Shown one piece after another: positions 9,985 through 19,040 of a DNA stretch of 64,000 bases. Both the position numbers and the translations under genes were made by a program. The stretch is taken from positions 5,397 through 69,396 of the forward strand of contig JAFTYR010000004.1 in the NCBI GenBank assembly GCA_017461315.1, written 5' to 3'. Under the pieces are notes generated by a model. The model ran no database searches and was not told the origin of the DNA. It worked only from the letters and a program-made list of their open reading frames with translations. Position 1 is the first letter of the stretch, and every line of letters begins with the position of its first letter. The stretch comes from Burkholderiaceae bacterium. GTDB lineage: Bacteria > Pseudomonadota > Gammaproteobacteria > Burkholderiales > Burkholderiaceae_F.

Positions 9985-11865
9985 GTGTCAGATACGACTC
10001 AGATTTCAGCTCCAATTGTTCTACGGGATGAATCCGGAGCTCCCTGGTCTGAGCAGTATGGTGATATTTATGCTTCACGTGACGGAGCTATGTCTCAAGC
10101 CCGTCACGTTTTTCTGGGTGGTAATAATCTACCTAAACGTTGGCAAGATAAAAAGCAGTTTGTCATACTGGAAAATGGATTTGGGCTCGGTGGAAATTTT
10201 CTCACGACGCTAAGAGCTTGGCGTGAAGATTCTAAGCATTGCGACAAACTTTGTTTTGTTTCTATAGAAAAACATCCTGTTACCGCAGAAGAGATTCTCT
10301 CTTATGCGGATCCCGATTTAAAAGTAGAAGCTAAAGAATTAGCTTCTAAATGGCCAATCCGAACCCCAGGAGTTCATCAAATCGAGTTTGACCAGGGATC
10401 GGTTGTTCTGAGTCTATATTTCATGGATTCGGTGCTTGCTTCTAAGCGTCTTTCTCTGGGTTTTGATGCGCTTTACCTTGATGGATTCTCTCCAAAAGTG
10501 AATCCAGAGATGTGGCAATCTCAGTTACTGAAAGCTTTTTGCCGTTATGCAAGACCTGGTGCGACACTAGCTACTTGGTGCGTTGCTGGAGCCGTTAGAA
10601 GAGCTCTTTTTGAAGGTGGTTTTACTGTAGAAAAAAAGACGGGTTTTGGGCATAAAGCCTCAATGACTGTTGGTGTGTATGAGCCACGATTTAAGACTCG
10701 TCGGATGCCTAATGTATCAATGCCCAGATCCGATAAAAATGAAAATCACATTTTAATTGTAGGCGCTGGCTTAAGTGGTGGTGCTTTAATTGAAGAGTTT
10801 TCAAGACGTGGTTGGAAGGTTACGGTTGTTGATGAAGGATGCGTACCAGCTAGCTTTGCTTCAGCTATACGGTGGGGAATGTTGCACGCACAGATGTCTG
10901 CCGATGATAACCGTTTATTTCGTCTAACAAGAGCCGGTTTTGAAGTCACCCTAAAGCATTTAGAGTCCTATCCATCGTATTTCCGGGCAGAAGGACTTTT
11001 TCAGATGGCTAAAGACGATACTGAATATTTGAAATGGCAGTCTTTATTTAATGAAAAAATGCCTTTTGAAATGCCTCAAAATTTCTTAGAGCTGATTGAT
11101 GCAAAAGAAGCATCTCGGCGCGTTGGAGCGCACGTTAAACGAGGTGGCATTTGGCATTATCAAGCTGGAATTTTGAATGCATCTTGCTGGGTACGAGAAC
11201 GGATTTATCGCAGTGGGGCTACGATCTTTTCCAATCAACGGGTTGAATCAATATCCAAAGTAAACGGTCAATGGGTACTTTGGGATCAAATGGGAACAAA
11301 GATAGCTCAAGCACCTTATTTAGTGATCGCTACTGCTAGTGATACACCTCGATTGTTAGGACTTAATTTTCCGATTTCTGACTGGAGAGGGCGAATTAGT
11401 CTACTAACGGAACCGGATCTTTCAGATCTAAAAGTTAGTGTGACGGGTAAAGGATACGCTTTAAGAAGTCCGGATCAATGGGTGGTAACTGGTGCTTCTT
11501 ATGAAGAAGATGGACACGAAGTCGAAGATGCAAGGCGAGTTCATCTGGATAATCTAAAAAAACTGAGTAATTTTTTTCCAGATCTCAAAGATGCGACAGC
11601 AATGGGATTTTTCGACGGAAAGCGATGTGTTGCAATCGATCGCCTACCGATAGTTGGAGCAGTTCCTCAAGATGCATTTTCGTCAGATATCGATTGTGAA
11701 GGACTTTATTGTTGTTTTGCGATGGCTTCTCGTGCAATTACTTTGTCGGATCTAGCTGCACGTATAATTGCGTCTCAAATCGAAGGGGAACCACTTCCTG
11801 TGGAAGCAGATTTAATCGCTTCTATAGCCCCGAATCGTTTTTCTAGAAAAGAGTGTAAATCATGA
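9985..11865 (+). CDS. mnmC: bifunctional tRNA mnm5s2U34 methyltransferase / FAD-dependent cmnm5s2U34 oxidoreductase
   Basis: 626 aa. N-terminal methyltransferase domain (DALYLDGFSP) plus C-terminal DAO domain (ILIVGAGLSGGAL). GTG start with AAGGA 9 nt upstream. Confidence 0.88.
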   Translation: MSDTTQISAPIVLRDESGAPWSEQYGDIYASRDGAMSQARHVFLGGNNLPKRWQDKKQFVILENGFGLGGNFLTTLRAWREDSKHCDKLCFVSIEKHPVTAEEILSYADPDLKVEAKELASKWPIRTPGVHQIEFDQGSVVLSLYFMDSVLASKRLSLGFDALYLDGFSPKVNPEMWQSQLLKAFCRYARPGATLATWCVAGAVRRALFEGGFTVEKKTGFGHKASMTVGVYEPRFKTRRMPNVSMPRSDKNENHILIVGAGLSGGALIEEFSRRGWKVTVVDEGCVPASFASAIRWGMLHAQMSADDNRLFRLTRAGFEVTLKHLESYPSYFRAEGLFQMAKDDTEYLKWQSLFNEKMPFEMPQNFLELIDAKEASRRVGAHVKRGGIWHYQAGILNASCWVRERIYRSGATIFSNQRVESISKVNGQWVLWDQMGTKIAQAPYLVIATASDTPRLLGLNFPISDWRGRISLLTEPDLSDLKVSVTGKGYALRSPDQWVVTGASYEEDGHEVEDARRVHLDNLKKLSNFFPDLKDATAMGFFDGKRCVAIDRLPIVGAVPQDAFSSDIDCEGLYCCFAMASRAITLSDLAARIIASQIEGEPLPVEADLIASIAPNRFSRKECKS

Positions 11866-12209
11866 TTTCCTTTTTTCGTCATCGACGTACACTGTTCGTA
11901 TTCGTTTTTCTTTCAGTGGTTGCTGTAGCGGTATTTATGCGCTGGCAGGCCTCGACAGACGAAGAGATAAAATACAGTGAAACACAAAGAGAGTTGTTTG
12001 TTCGTTTTAATGAAGAGGCAGAAAAAAAACTGCAATTAACGAAAGAACAACGTGATAGTGGTTTACTTTTTGAGGCGTTTAAGTGTCGTAAACCTTTGGC
12101 TGGTGATCGAAAGTACTGTGATCGTGTGATGGAAAAGTTTGATCAAATGCTCACACCGCAACAACGAGATCAGTTTATTCCGCTTGTCAAAGAATATTTT
12201 TCAAAGTAA
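11862..12209 (+). CDS. small exported/anchored protein with two LTXXQ motifs (Spy/CpxP-like)
   Basis: 115 aa. Hydrophobic N-terminus LFVFVFLSVVAVAVF, with LQLTKEQRD and MLTPQQRDQF motifs. ATGA overlap with mnmC and a 2-nt gap to uppP. Confidence 0.6.
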   Translation: MISFFRHRRTLFVFVFLSVVAVAVFMRWQASTDEEIKYSETQRELFVRFNEEAEKKLQLTKEQRDSGLLFEAFKCRKPLAGDRKYCDRVMEKFDQMLTPQQRDQFIPLVKEYFSK

Positions 12210-12211
12210 GT

Positions 12212-13039
12212 ATGGATTGGATTCTTTATATTAAGGCCCTGATTCTCGGTATCGTTGAAGGGCTGACCGAATTTTTACCTGTTTCTTCTACAGGACATTT
12301 AATTGTTGCTGGAGACCTTCTTCATTATGAAGGAGCTGAGGCAGATACGTTTTATATTACCATTCAGGCCGGTGCGATCTTTGCCGTATGTTGGCACTAT
12401 AGAACTCGTCTTATTGAAATTTTATGTGGTCTTTTTTCTCAGAAAAAGCAACAAAAGCTTGCTATTAATATGATTTTGGCCTTTTTACCCGCTGCGGTTA
12501 TCGGGGTCTTAGTCGCCAAGCACATTAAATTTTATTTATTTAATCCAGTAGCAGTTGCTACGGCATTAGTGATTGGTGGTTTACTGATTCTTTGGATTGA
12601 AGCCATACATAGTCGTAAGAACTATCAACCTCGAGTTAAAGAAATGGATGATATGACTTGGGTTGATGCATTTAAAGTAGGTTGCTTGCAGTGTTTGGCT
12701 ATGATTCCGGGGACAAGTCGATCTGGCTCTACCATTATTGGGGGGCTAGTAATTGGGCTGTCGCGGAAGGCGGCGACCGAATTTTCATTCTTTTTGTCAA
12801 TTCCGACCATCTTCGCCGCTACGATCTACGATCTTTGGGAATCCCGAGATCTATTAACAACCGATAATCTTCCGGTCATTGGAATTGGTTTTGTAGTTTC
12901 ATTTTTCTCAGCTTTAATCGTTGTTCGCTGGTTACTTCAGTACGTATCACGAAACGATTTTCGTTCTTTCGGTTGGTATCGAATCTTCTTTGGTGGTGTG
13001 ATTCTTATTACTTGGGCTACTGGATTAGTGAGTTGGTAA
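12212..13039 (+). CDS. uppP: undecaprenyl-diphosphate phosphatase
   Basis: 275 aa. BacA/UppP motifs GIVEGLTEFLPVSSTGHL and PGTSRSGSTI. Confidence 0.95.
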   Translation: MDWILYIKALILGIVEGLTEFLPVSSTGHLIVAGDLLHYEGAEADTFYITIQAGAIFAVCWHYRTRLIEILCGLFSQKKQQKLAINMILAFLPAAVIGVLVAKHIKFYLFNPVAVATALVIGGLLILWIEAIHSRKNYQPRVKEMDDMTWVDAFKVGCLQCLAMIPGTSRSGSTIIGGLVIGLSRKAATEFSFFLSIPTIFAATIYDLWESRDLLTTDNLPVIGIGFVVSFFSALIVVRWLLQYVSRNDFRSFGWYRIFFGGVILITWATGLVSW

Positions 13040-13071
13040 GTGATACCAAGATTCCCAAAGAAAATGAACAT

Positions 13072-13100
13072 AAAAATACCCCGTTGGCAAACGGGGGTAT
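13072..13100 (-). terminator. intrinsic terminator after trmB (hairpin shared with convergent uppP)
   Basis: Hairpin TACCCCGT..ACGGGGGTA. On the minus strand it is followed by TTTTTAT. Confidence 0.65.
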
Positions 13101-13124
13101 GGTTCAAGACACAGGAGTTTTCCT

Positions 13125-13844
13125 TTACTGACGAAGGAACACTAAGTCCCAACAACCATGACCGAGTCGATTACCTCGTTCATTGAATTTAGTTGTTGGA
13201 CGCTCGGTAATCGGATTAGCCATTACCGGGGAGAAAGAATCGTATTGATTCTTTAGAAGTGGTTCATTGCTGAGCACTTCCATCATTTGTTCTGCGTAAT
13301 TTTCCCAATCTGTTGCGCAGTGCAAATAACCACCTACTTTAATTCGAGAACTAAGCATATTGATAAACGGTTGAGCTACGAGACGACGCTTATGGTGCCG
13401 AGCTTTTCTCCATGGATCCGGGAAGAAAATATGAACACCGTCCAGAGAATTTTCTGGAATCATGTCTCGAACTACTTCTACCGCATCGTGACGACAGATA
13501 CGAATATTCTTAAGCTCCATGTCATGAATGCGTTTGGAAAGTGCCCCAACTCCAGCTAGGAAAACTTCACAGCCGACGAAATTCACTTCAGGATGTGCTG
13601 AGGCAATCGCTGCGGTTGTTTCACCCATACCGCATCCAATTTCTAGAACGAGTGGGTTGTTGTTATTAAAAAGTTTTGGTGAGTCGATTTTATTGTCTGG
13701 CTCATAAGGTAGTTCATATAATGGGAACAATTCTTCGATTGCTCTTTCTTGAGAGCTACTAATATGCCCTCGACGTAAACAAAAACTACGAATATGTCGC
13801 TTTTTTAACTCTTCGATTTGTTCGGGAGTCAGTTCACTTTTCAT
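13125..13844 (-). CDS. trmB: tRNA (guanine46-N7)-methyltransferase
   Basis: 239 aa. SAM-binding LEIGCGMGE and the FPDPWRKARHHKRR block typical of TrmB. Confidence 0.93.
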   Translation of the reverse strand: MKSELTPEQIEELKKRHIRSFCLRRGHISSSQERAIEELFPLYELPYEPDNKIDSPKLFNNNNPLVLEIGCGMGETTAAIASAHPEVNFVGCEVFLAGVGALSKRIHDMELKNIRICRHDAVEVVRDMIPENSLDGVHIFFPDPWRKARHHKRRLVAQPFINMLSSRIKVGGYLHCATDWENYAEQMMEVLSNEPLLKNQYDSFSPVMANPITERPTTKFNERGNRLGHGCWDLVFLRQ

Positions 13845-14030
13845 AAAGATTCAATCAAGTAAAAGGAATAAGACCGTAATTTTAGACAGAATTTCGGTTG
13901 TTTAAATACCTTGAGTTTATCGGCACAGCTTATTTTGAAAGATTTTTTAAAAATACAGCCTAAACGAATTAGTTTGATTCGCTTCTATGAATATAAATAA
14001 GGGATGAGGGAAGTATAGATAAAAATACGT

Positions 14031-14104
14031 TGGAGCGGGTGAGGGGAATCGAACCCCCGTCGTCGGCTTGGGAAGCCGTCGCTCTACCATTGAGCTACAC
14101 CCGC
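14031..14104 (-). tRNA. tRNA-Gly (anticodon CCC)
   Basis: The reverse complement reads GCGGGTGTAGCTCAATGGTAGAGCGACGGCTTCCCAAGCCGACGACGGGGGTTCGATTCCCCTCACCCGCTCCA. It folds as a cloverleaf with anticodon loop TTCCCAA and an encoded CCA. Confidence 0.93.
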
Positions 14105-14152
14105 ATGAGGGAAAAATTTTAACGCAAAATAACTGAAAAGAGTAGGAGTATG

Positions 14153-14785
14153 TTACTTCAGTATTTTGCGAATTACTAAAGTCCAAAAATGTACCGAATA
14201 TCCTGTCAGCACGGCTGATATTAAGGTACCTAGTCCAATGCCTTTAAGTCCATGAAAATAAACAAGACTCAATAAAATTGCCAAAATAACTAAAGTGACA
14301 TCATTGATGACTTTAATTTTGTGAAATGGCTTTTTGCTTTTTAGGGCAACAGCTAGAACAAAACCTTCTCCAGGAAGCATCATGATGTTAGACCAAACCT
14401 CACAGGCAATGCCTAAGCCCATCACGATAATTCCGAAGATATTAATCATGATTTGAAGGGCTAAATGGTCCGTTGTCAGAAATTGAGTATTAGACATCGA
14501 AATGTCGATGGCTATCGCAAAAAGGTAGACCAATGGAATCTGCAAAAAAATGGTCCAACGAAAATCTTTCCGAAGAATTAAAACCTGAAGGATCACCAGG
14601 ATTACATTGATAAAAAAGGTGGTTTCACCAAAACTGTAGTCTGTGACATAACTACTTACTAACGGTAAGGAACTGATAGGACTGGTCCCGATACCTGCTT
14701 GAGTCACGATCGCAATACCGAAACTCATCAAAATAATGCCGACGATAAAAATAATCCATCGAACGATTTTGTTTGAGTAGTTCAA
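14153..14785 (-). CDS. YczE/YitT-like integral membrane protein, function unknown
   Basis: 210 aa, polytopic. N-terminus IVGIILMSFGIAIVTQAGIGTSPISSLP resembles the YczE family. TTG start with a GGAGAG SD 5-6 nt upstream. Confidence 0.6.
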   Translation of the reverse strand: MNYSNKIVRWIIFIVGIILMSFGIAIVTQAGIGTSPISSLPLVSSYVTDYSFGETTFFINVILVILQVLILRKDFRWTIFLQIPLVYLFAIAIDISMSNTQFLTTDHLALQIMINIFGIIVMGLGIACEVWSNIMMLPGEGFVLAVALKSKKPFHKIKVINDVTLVILAILLSLVYFHGLKGIGLGTLISAVLTGYSVHFWTLVIRKILK

Positions 14786-14826
14786 GTTCTCTCCAAAATC
14801 TGAAATAAATGACGTGAGCTTTAAGT

Positions 14827-14861
14827 GAAAAAGCCGGTTGAGGAATGTATCTCATACCGGC
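14827..14861 (-). terminator. intrinsic terminator after metI
   Basis: Minus-strand hairpin GCCGGT-17 nt-ACCGGC followed by TTTTT. Confidence 0.5.
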
Positions 14862-14883
14862 CCATAATAAGCAGATTAATTTA

Positions 14884-15537
14884 TTATTTTTTAGATACTT
14901 TTCGAACAGCCCAATCACCGAAGGATTGTAGTGATTGAACAAAAATCACCAAAATTACGACCACAGCAAGCATAACTTCAGGCATGAAACGCTGGTAACC
15001 GTAGCGAATCCCCATGTCACCAAGACCACCGCCACCGACGGCTCCAGCCATTGCTGAACTGCCAACCAAAGCAACAAAGGCAATGGTCAATCCAGCCAAG
15101 ATGCCCGGCATTGCTTCAGGAAGTAGTACTTTAAGGATGATCTGAATGTTAGAGGCCCCCATGGATTCAGCGGCTTCGATCAAACCTTTATCTACTTCTC
15201 GAAGGCTTGTTTCTACGAGTCGAGCGATGAAAGGAGCGGCTGCAATCGTAAGCGGAACAATCGCTGCAGTCGTTCCAATCGATGAACCAACAATGAGTCG
15301 TGTAAACGGAATAATCGCTACTAAAAGGATAATAAAGGGAACTGAGCGGACGATATTGACGATCGTTCCGATAATTCGGTTGATTACTGGTCTTGGGGTG
15401 ATTCCCTTTATCGAGGTAATAAAAAGGAATACGCCCAGAGGGATACCAATCGCAGCGCCCAAAATACCGCTAATACCGACCATAAAGATCGTTTCGAGCA
15501 AAGATTCCCAAAGTAAATTAATCAAATTAGAGGACAT
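14884..15537 (-). CDS. metI: methionine ABC transporter permease
   Basis: 217 aa. MetI-like sequence (ETIFMVGISGILGAAIGIPLGV...EAAESMGAS) that overlaps the metN stop. Confidence 0.9.
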   Translation of the reverse strand: MSSNLINLLWESLLETIFMVGISGILGAAIGIPLGVFLFITSIKGITPRPVINRIIGTIVNIVRSVPFIILLVAIIPFTRLIVGSSIGTTAAIVPLTIAAAPFIARLVETSLREVDKGLIEAAESMGASNIQIILKVLLPEAMPGILAGLTIAFVALVGSSAMAGAVGGGGLGDMGIRYGYQRFMPEVMLAVVVILVIFVQSLQSFGDWAVRKVSKK

Positions 15538-16585
15538 GATTGAGCTCCTCGACCTTTATTTGTTTGGATCGAATGAATTCTAAGGATTGCAGATAATTTT
15601 CCTTATTTCCCGTCAAAGTGATCGTCAGAGTACCGTAACTTTGACCTTGAATATCGTCCACTTGTCCAAGAAGGATATTGAAGTCCAAGTTAAACAATCG
15701 ACAGGCTTCGGAAATTACAGGATCTGTCGTATGAGTCCCTACGAAGGTTAAACGCAATAGATGAATGGGTTTGTCTTGCGGTTTACGAGTTTTCAGTTGC
15801 TCTCTAAGGCGTTCTACGATTCGAGGAGGAAGTTCTCGAGCCGCAAGTACACTACCTAAAAGTGCCTGAGTGACTTCGTGCTTAGGGTCACGGAAAACAT
15901 CGAGTACGGTACCACTTTCAACGATCTGACCACGTTCCATCACCACTACTTTGTTACAGATCTGCTTTACCACATCCATTTCATGGGTAATCATCACAAT
16001 AGTGAGTCCCAATTTTTGGTTAATTTCTTTCAGTAGTTCTAATGTGGCTTGGGTAGTTTCAGGGTCTAAAGCGGATGTAGCTTCATCACTTAAAAGAATC
16101 TTTGGATCAGAAGAAAGTGCTCGTGCAATGCCCACGCGTTGCTTTTGTCCACCAGATAGCTGAGATGGATACTTATGTTTATGTTCAGATAGTCCAACCA
16201 ATTCAATTAAAGGTTCTACTTTTTTCTGAATCTCGGATTTACTGACTCCGGCGAGTTCTAAAGGTAAAGCGATGTTGTCGTAGACAGTTCGCGAAGACAG
16301 TAAATTGAAGTGTTGGAAAATCATCCCAATTTCACGACGCATTTTTCTTAAATCGGCAATGTTCATAGCCGTTAGATCTTTACCATCAACAATTACTTTT
16401 CCGGACGTTGGACGATTTAATAAGTTGATACAACGGACTAAAGTACTTTTACCGGCACCAGATCGGCCAATAATTCCGAAGATATCGCCTTTATTGATGT
16501 GGATATTGACGTCTTTACAAGCGTAAAACGTTGATTGACCATCAGAGGTTTTATATTCCTGAGAGATATGTTGTAAATCAATCAC
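15527..16585 (-). CDS. metN: methionine import ATP-binding protein
   Basis: 352 aa. Walker A GRSGAGKST, signature LSGGQKQR, and a C-terminal NIL regulatory domain. GTG start with AAGGA upstream. Confidence 0.92.
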   Translation of the reverse strand: MIDLQHISQEYKTSDGQSTFYACKDVNIHINKGDIFGIIGRSGAGKSTLVRCINLLNRPTSGKVIVDGKDLTAMNIADLRKMRREIGMIFQHFNLLSSRTVYDNIALPLELAGVSKSEIQKKVEPLIELVGLSEHKHKYPSQLSGGQKQRVGIARALSSDPKILLSDEATSALDPETTQATLELLKEINQKLGLTIVMITHEMDVVKQICNKVVVMERGQIVESGTVLDVFRDPKHEVTQALLGSVLAARELPPRIVERLREQLKTRKPQDKPIHLLRLTFVGTHTTDPVISEACRLFNLDFNILLGQVDDIQGQSYGTLTITLTGNKENYLQSLEFIRSKQIKVEELNHVL

Positions 16586-16704
16586 TTTTTTTCCTTAATT
16601 GGCCAGCTCTAACTTTTTTATGGAGCTTCAAGAGTTTCTAGGGTACAATCCCACGATTATTCATGAAAATTGGCAACAAAAGCGTTTTATTCGAAAGAAA
16701 ATTT

Positions 16705-16747
16705 GCACAAAAAAGGAAATCTCGTTTGGCTTTAGGCCAAACGAGAT
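16705..16747 (-). terminator. intrinsic terminator of the tRNA-Lys operon
   Basis: 12-bp stem (16719-16730 / 16736-16747) followed on the minus strand by TTTCCTTTTTT. Confidence 0.8.
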
Positions 16748-16752
16748 TATCG

Positions 16753-16828
16753 TGGTGGGAACACAGGGATTCGAACCCGGGACCGACGGATTAAGAGTCC
16801 GCTGCTCTACCAACTGAGCTATGTTCCC
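16753..16828 (-). tRNA. tRNA-Lys (anticodon CUU), copy 2
   Basis: The reverse complement is GGGAACATAGCTCAGTTGGTAGAGCAGCGGACTCTTAATCCGTCGGTCCCGGGTTCGAATCCCTGTGTTCCCACCA, with anticodon loop CTCTTAA. Confidence 0.93.
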
Positions 16829-16890
16829 AATAAATGTTGCTTGCTAATCAGCTATACGGAAATAAACAGAATAGTTGGAAAGAATAAGAT

Positions 16891-16966
16891 TGGTGGGAAC
16901 ACAGGGATTCGAACCCGGGACCGACGGATTAAGAGTCCGCTGCTCTACCAACTGAGCTATGTTCCC
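16891..16966 (-). tRNA. tRNA-Lys (anticodon CUU), copy 1
   Basis: Identical 76-nt sequence to 16753..16828. Confidence 0.93.
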
Positions 16967-16989
16967 ACTCAGGATACTCTTACGAGTTT

Positions 16990-17065
16990 TGGTGGGTTGT
17001 GCGAGACTCGAACTCACGACCAATGGATTAAAAGTCCACTGCTCTACCAACTGAGCTAACAACCC
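16990..17065 (-). tRNA. tRNA-Lys (anticodon UUU)
   Basis: The reverse complement is GGGTTGTTAGCTCAGTTGGTAGAGCAGTGGACTTTTAATCCATTGGTCGTGAGTTCGAGTCTCGCACAACCCACCA. Confidence 0.93.
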
Positions 17066-17102
17066 GATCAAAATTCTCAACAAGCAAACTTGAGAGAACA
17101 GA

Positions 17103-17130
17103 ATTATACCTAAAAAAAAATGCTTGTCAA
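17103..17130 (-). promoter_or_regulatory. near-consensus sigma70 promoter of the tRNA-Lys operon
   Basis: The minus strand reads TTGACA (17130-17125), a 16-nt spacer, then TATAAT (17108-17103), about 35 nt upstream of the first tRNA. Confidence 0.7.
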
Positions 17131-17297
17131 CTGAAATAGAGGGGAATTGAAATTCTCAAGTGCATTTTATTTTTGTGTGGTCGAATTATACTTACTGTAA
17201 CGATATAAATGAGGAAATAATTTTCCTCTAAATGTTTTTCGATTACCATTGAACAAAATACGAATGACTTGATTCGAATAAAGGAACAATATAAAAG

Positions 17298-18425
17298 ATG
17301 GCTGAAAAGAAAAAGATGAAAGCGCCTGTTGAACAGATTGTCGATACAGAAGCTCGTAAAAAGGCTCTAAAAATGGCCTTGGACCAAATTGCCAAACAGT
17401 TTGGGAAAGATGCGGTAATGCGTATGGGCGATCAGCCTCACTTGGAAGATCTTGACGTTGTCTCAACGGGTTCTTTTACACTCGATTATGCGTTAGGTGT
17501 TGGTGGTTTGCCACGGGGTCGTGTTGTCGAAATTTATGGGCCAGAATCTTCTGGAAAAACAACATTGACGTTGCACATTGTGGCTGAAATGCAAAAATTG
17601 GGTGGAACGTGTGCTTTTATTGATGCGGAACACGCTCTAGATGTGAACTATGCCCGTAATTTGGGTGTCAATATTGACGACTTATTATTAGCTCAACCAG
17701 ATAATGGTGAGCAGGCTTTAGAAATTACTGATTCTCTGGTGCGTTCTGGCGCAGTTGATTTGGTGGTAATTGACTCGGTAGCCGCTCTTGTTCCGAAGTC
17801 CGAAATAGAAGGCGACATGGGTGAAGCCCTTCCTGGCCTACAAGCTCGCTTGATGAGCCAAGCGCTTCGTAAACTCACTGCTAGTATTAAGAAAGCAAAT
17901 ACTTTAGTGGTTTTCATCAATCAGGTTCGTCAAAAAATTGGTGTGGTGTACGGATCTGCTGAAACGACGACTGGTGGTAACGCACTCAAGTTATACGCTA
18001 CGGTTCGCTTGGATATTCGTCGTATTGGTGGCGTGAAAAAAGGCGATGATGTTTTAGGTAATGAAACTCGCGTTAAGGTTGTTAAAAATAAAGTTGCCCC
18101 TCCATTCAAACAAGCCGAATTTGAAATTTTGTACGGTGAAGGTATTTCCCGTGAGGGAGAGGTCATTGATATCGGTACCGAGATGAAGATCTTTGATAAG
18201 TCTGGTGCTTGGTATGCTTATCAGGGATCTAAGATTGGTCAGGGTAAGGCCGCAGCTCGCCAATGGCTCAAAGACCACCCAGAAGAAATGAAACAAATCG
18301 AAGCCCAGATTCGTAGTAAATTGCAAGCCAGCGACCCCAAAGCAGAGGGAAAAACGGCTCCTGCTGTTTCTCCAGAAGTGACGACCGATTTTGCTGTTAA
18401 GGAAGAGTTATTTGAAGATCTATGA
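17298..18425 (+). CDS. recA: recombinase A
   Basis: 375 aa. [10 protein letters not shown] Walker A and canonical RecA sequence with an acidic C-terminal tail. Confidence 0.97.
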   Translation: MAEKKKMKAPVEQIVDTEARKKALKMALDQIAKQFGKDAVMRMGDQPHLEDLDVVSTGSFTLDYALGVGGLPRGRVVEIYGPESSGKTTLTLHIVAEMQKLGGTCAFIDAEHALDVNYARNLGVNIDDLLLAQPDNGEQALEITDSLVRSGAVDLVVIDSVAALVPKSEIEGDMGEALPGLQARLMSQALRKLTASIKKANTLVVFINQVRQKIGVVYGSAETTTGGNALKLYATVRLDIRRIGGVKKGDDVLGNETRVKVVKNKVAPPFKQAEFEILYGEGISREGEVIDIGTEMKIFDKSGAWYAYQGSKIGQGKAAARQWLKDHPEEMKQIEAQIRSKLQASDPKAEGKTAPAVSPEVTTDFAVKEELFEDL

Positions 18426-18898
18426 TCTTGACGCAAGAGAATGATCAACGTAAAGCCATCATGCGAAAGGCGGTGGCTTTATTAGCTTTACGAGAAAGAA
18501 GTCGTGCAGAGTTGGTTCAAAAACTCTCGGATTTTTTTAGTGGTACTGATTCCGCTCTAATTGAAAGTGTGTTGGATGAACTTGAAAGCAAAAAATATCT
18601 TTCAGATGAGCGGTTTGCTCGAGTTCGTTTGATGTTGCGCTCTTCTCGATACGGAGATAGACGTCTTCGGGACGAGTTACGCCAATCTGGCATTAGTGAA
18701 TCATCTATTGATTCAGCCTTTGAAGATCTAAAAGAAACGGAATACGAACGAGCTAAGGCGCTATGGGATCGAAAATTTGGTGAAGTTGCCAAGGATCCCA
18801 AAGAAAAGGCAAAACAATTTCGTTTCTTAGCTTCTAGAGGTTTTTCATTTCGAGTCATTAATCGAATTCTTGAAAATCAGGAAGATGAGGAATACTAG
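18422..18898 (+). CDS. recX: RecA regulator RecX
   Basis: 158 aa helical-repeat protein ([13 protein letters not shown]..), overlapping the recA stop (ATGA). Confidence 0.85.
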   Translation: MILTQENDQRKAIMRKAVALLALRERSRAELVQKLSDFFSGTDSALIESVLDELESKKYLSDERFARVRLMLRSSRYGDRRLRDELRQSGISESSIDSAFEDLKETEYERAKALWDRKFGEVAKDPKEKAKQFRFLASRGFSFRVINRILENQEDEEY

Positions 18899-19040
18899 AT
18901 AAAAACAGTTTTCCCTTGTATTTTTCAATATTTTGAAGCAACAAGAAGCATTAATGTAAAAAAAAGACAGGGAGGGCAAAATCCGTGAATTCAATACGGT
19001 AAACTCTCCCTCGGTTTACTTTTGATTAATCTCTTTTAAC

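Noticed and set aside
13079-13096. A shared CCCCGTTGG core in the trmB terminator and the mnmA terminator (21868-21876), considered as a REP-like repeat family.
   Set aside because: There are only two copies in 64 kb, the flanks differ, and both are adequately explained as ordinary terminator hairpins.
15146-15583. 145-aa ORF antisense to metI. Similar shadow ORFs lie at 50325-50711 in dnaK and 6474-6830 in tatB/tatC.
   Set aside because: They lie entirely within well-supported genes on the other strand, and their composition is typical of antisense frames.
16586-16704. Possible SAM riboswitch (SAM-II-like A-rich AAAAAAGUUAGAGCU segment) in the metN leader.
   Set aside because: The leader is only about 120 nt and I cannot reproduce a known SAM-I, SAM-II or SAM-V consensus from memory in it. 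Only a 5-bp AGCTC/GAGCT stem is evident. It needs a covariance-model scan (Rfam RF00162, RF00521, RF01826) before any claim.
16841-17083. 72-aa and 79-aa ORFs on both strands over the tRNA-Lys genes, and a 79-aa ORF at 13947-14186 over tRNA-Gly.
   Set aside because: These are translations of tRNA sequence; the tRNA cloverleaves explain the DNA.
17193-17210. TACTGTAACGATATAAAT upstream of recA looks like a LexA SOS box.
   Set aside because: Only the CTGT half is present; the second half is AAAT instead of ACAG. I cannot call an SOS box, so recA regulation here remains open.
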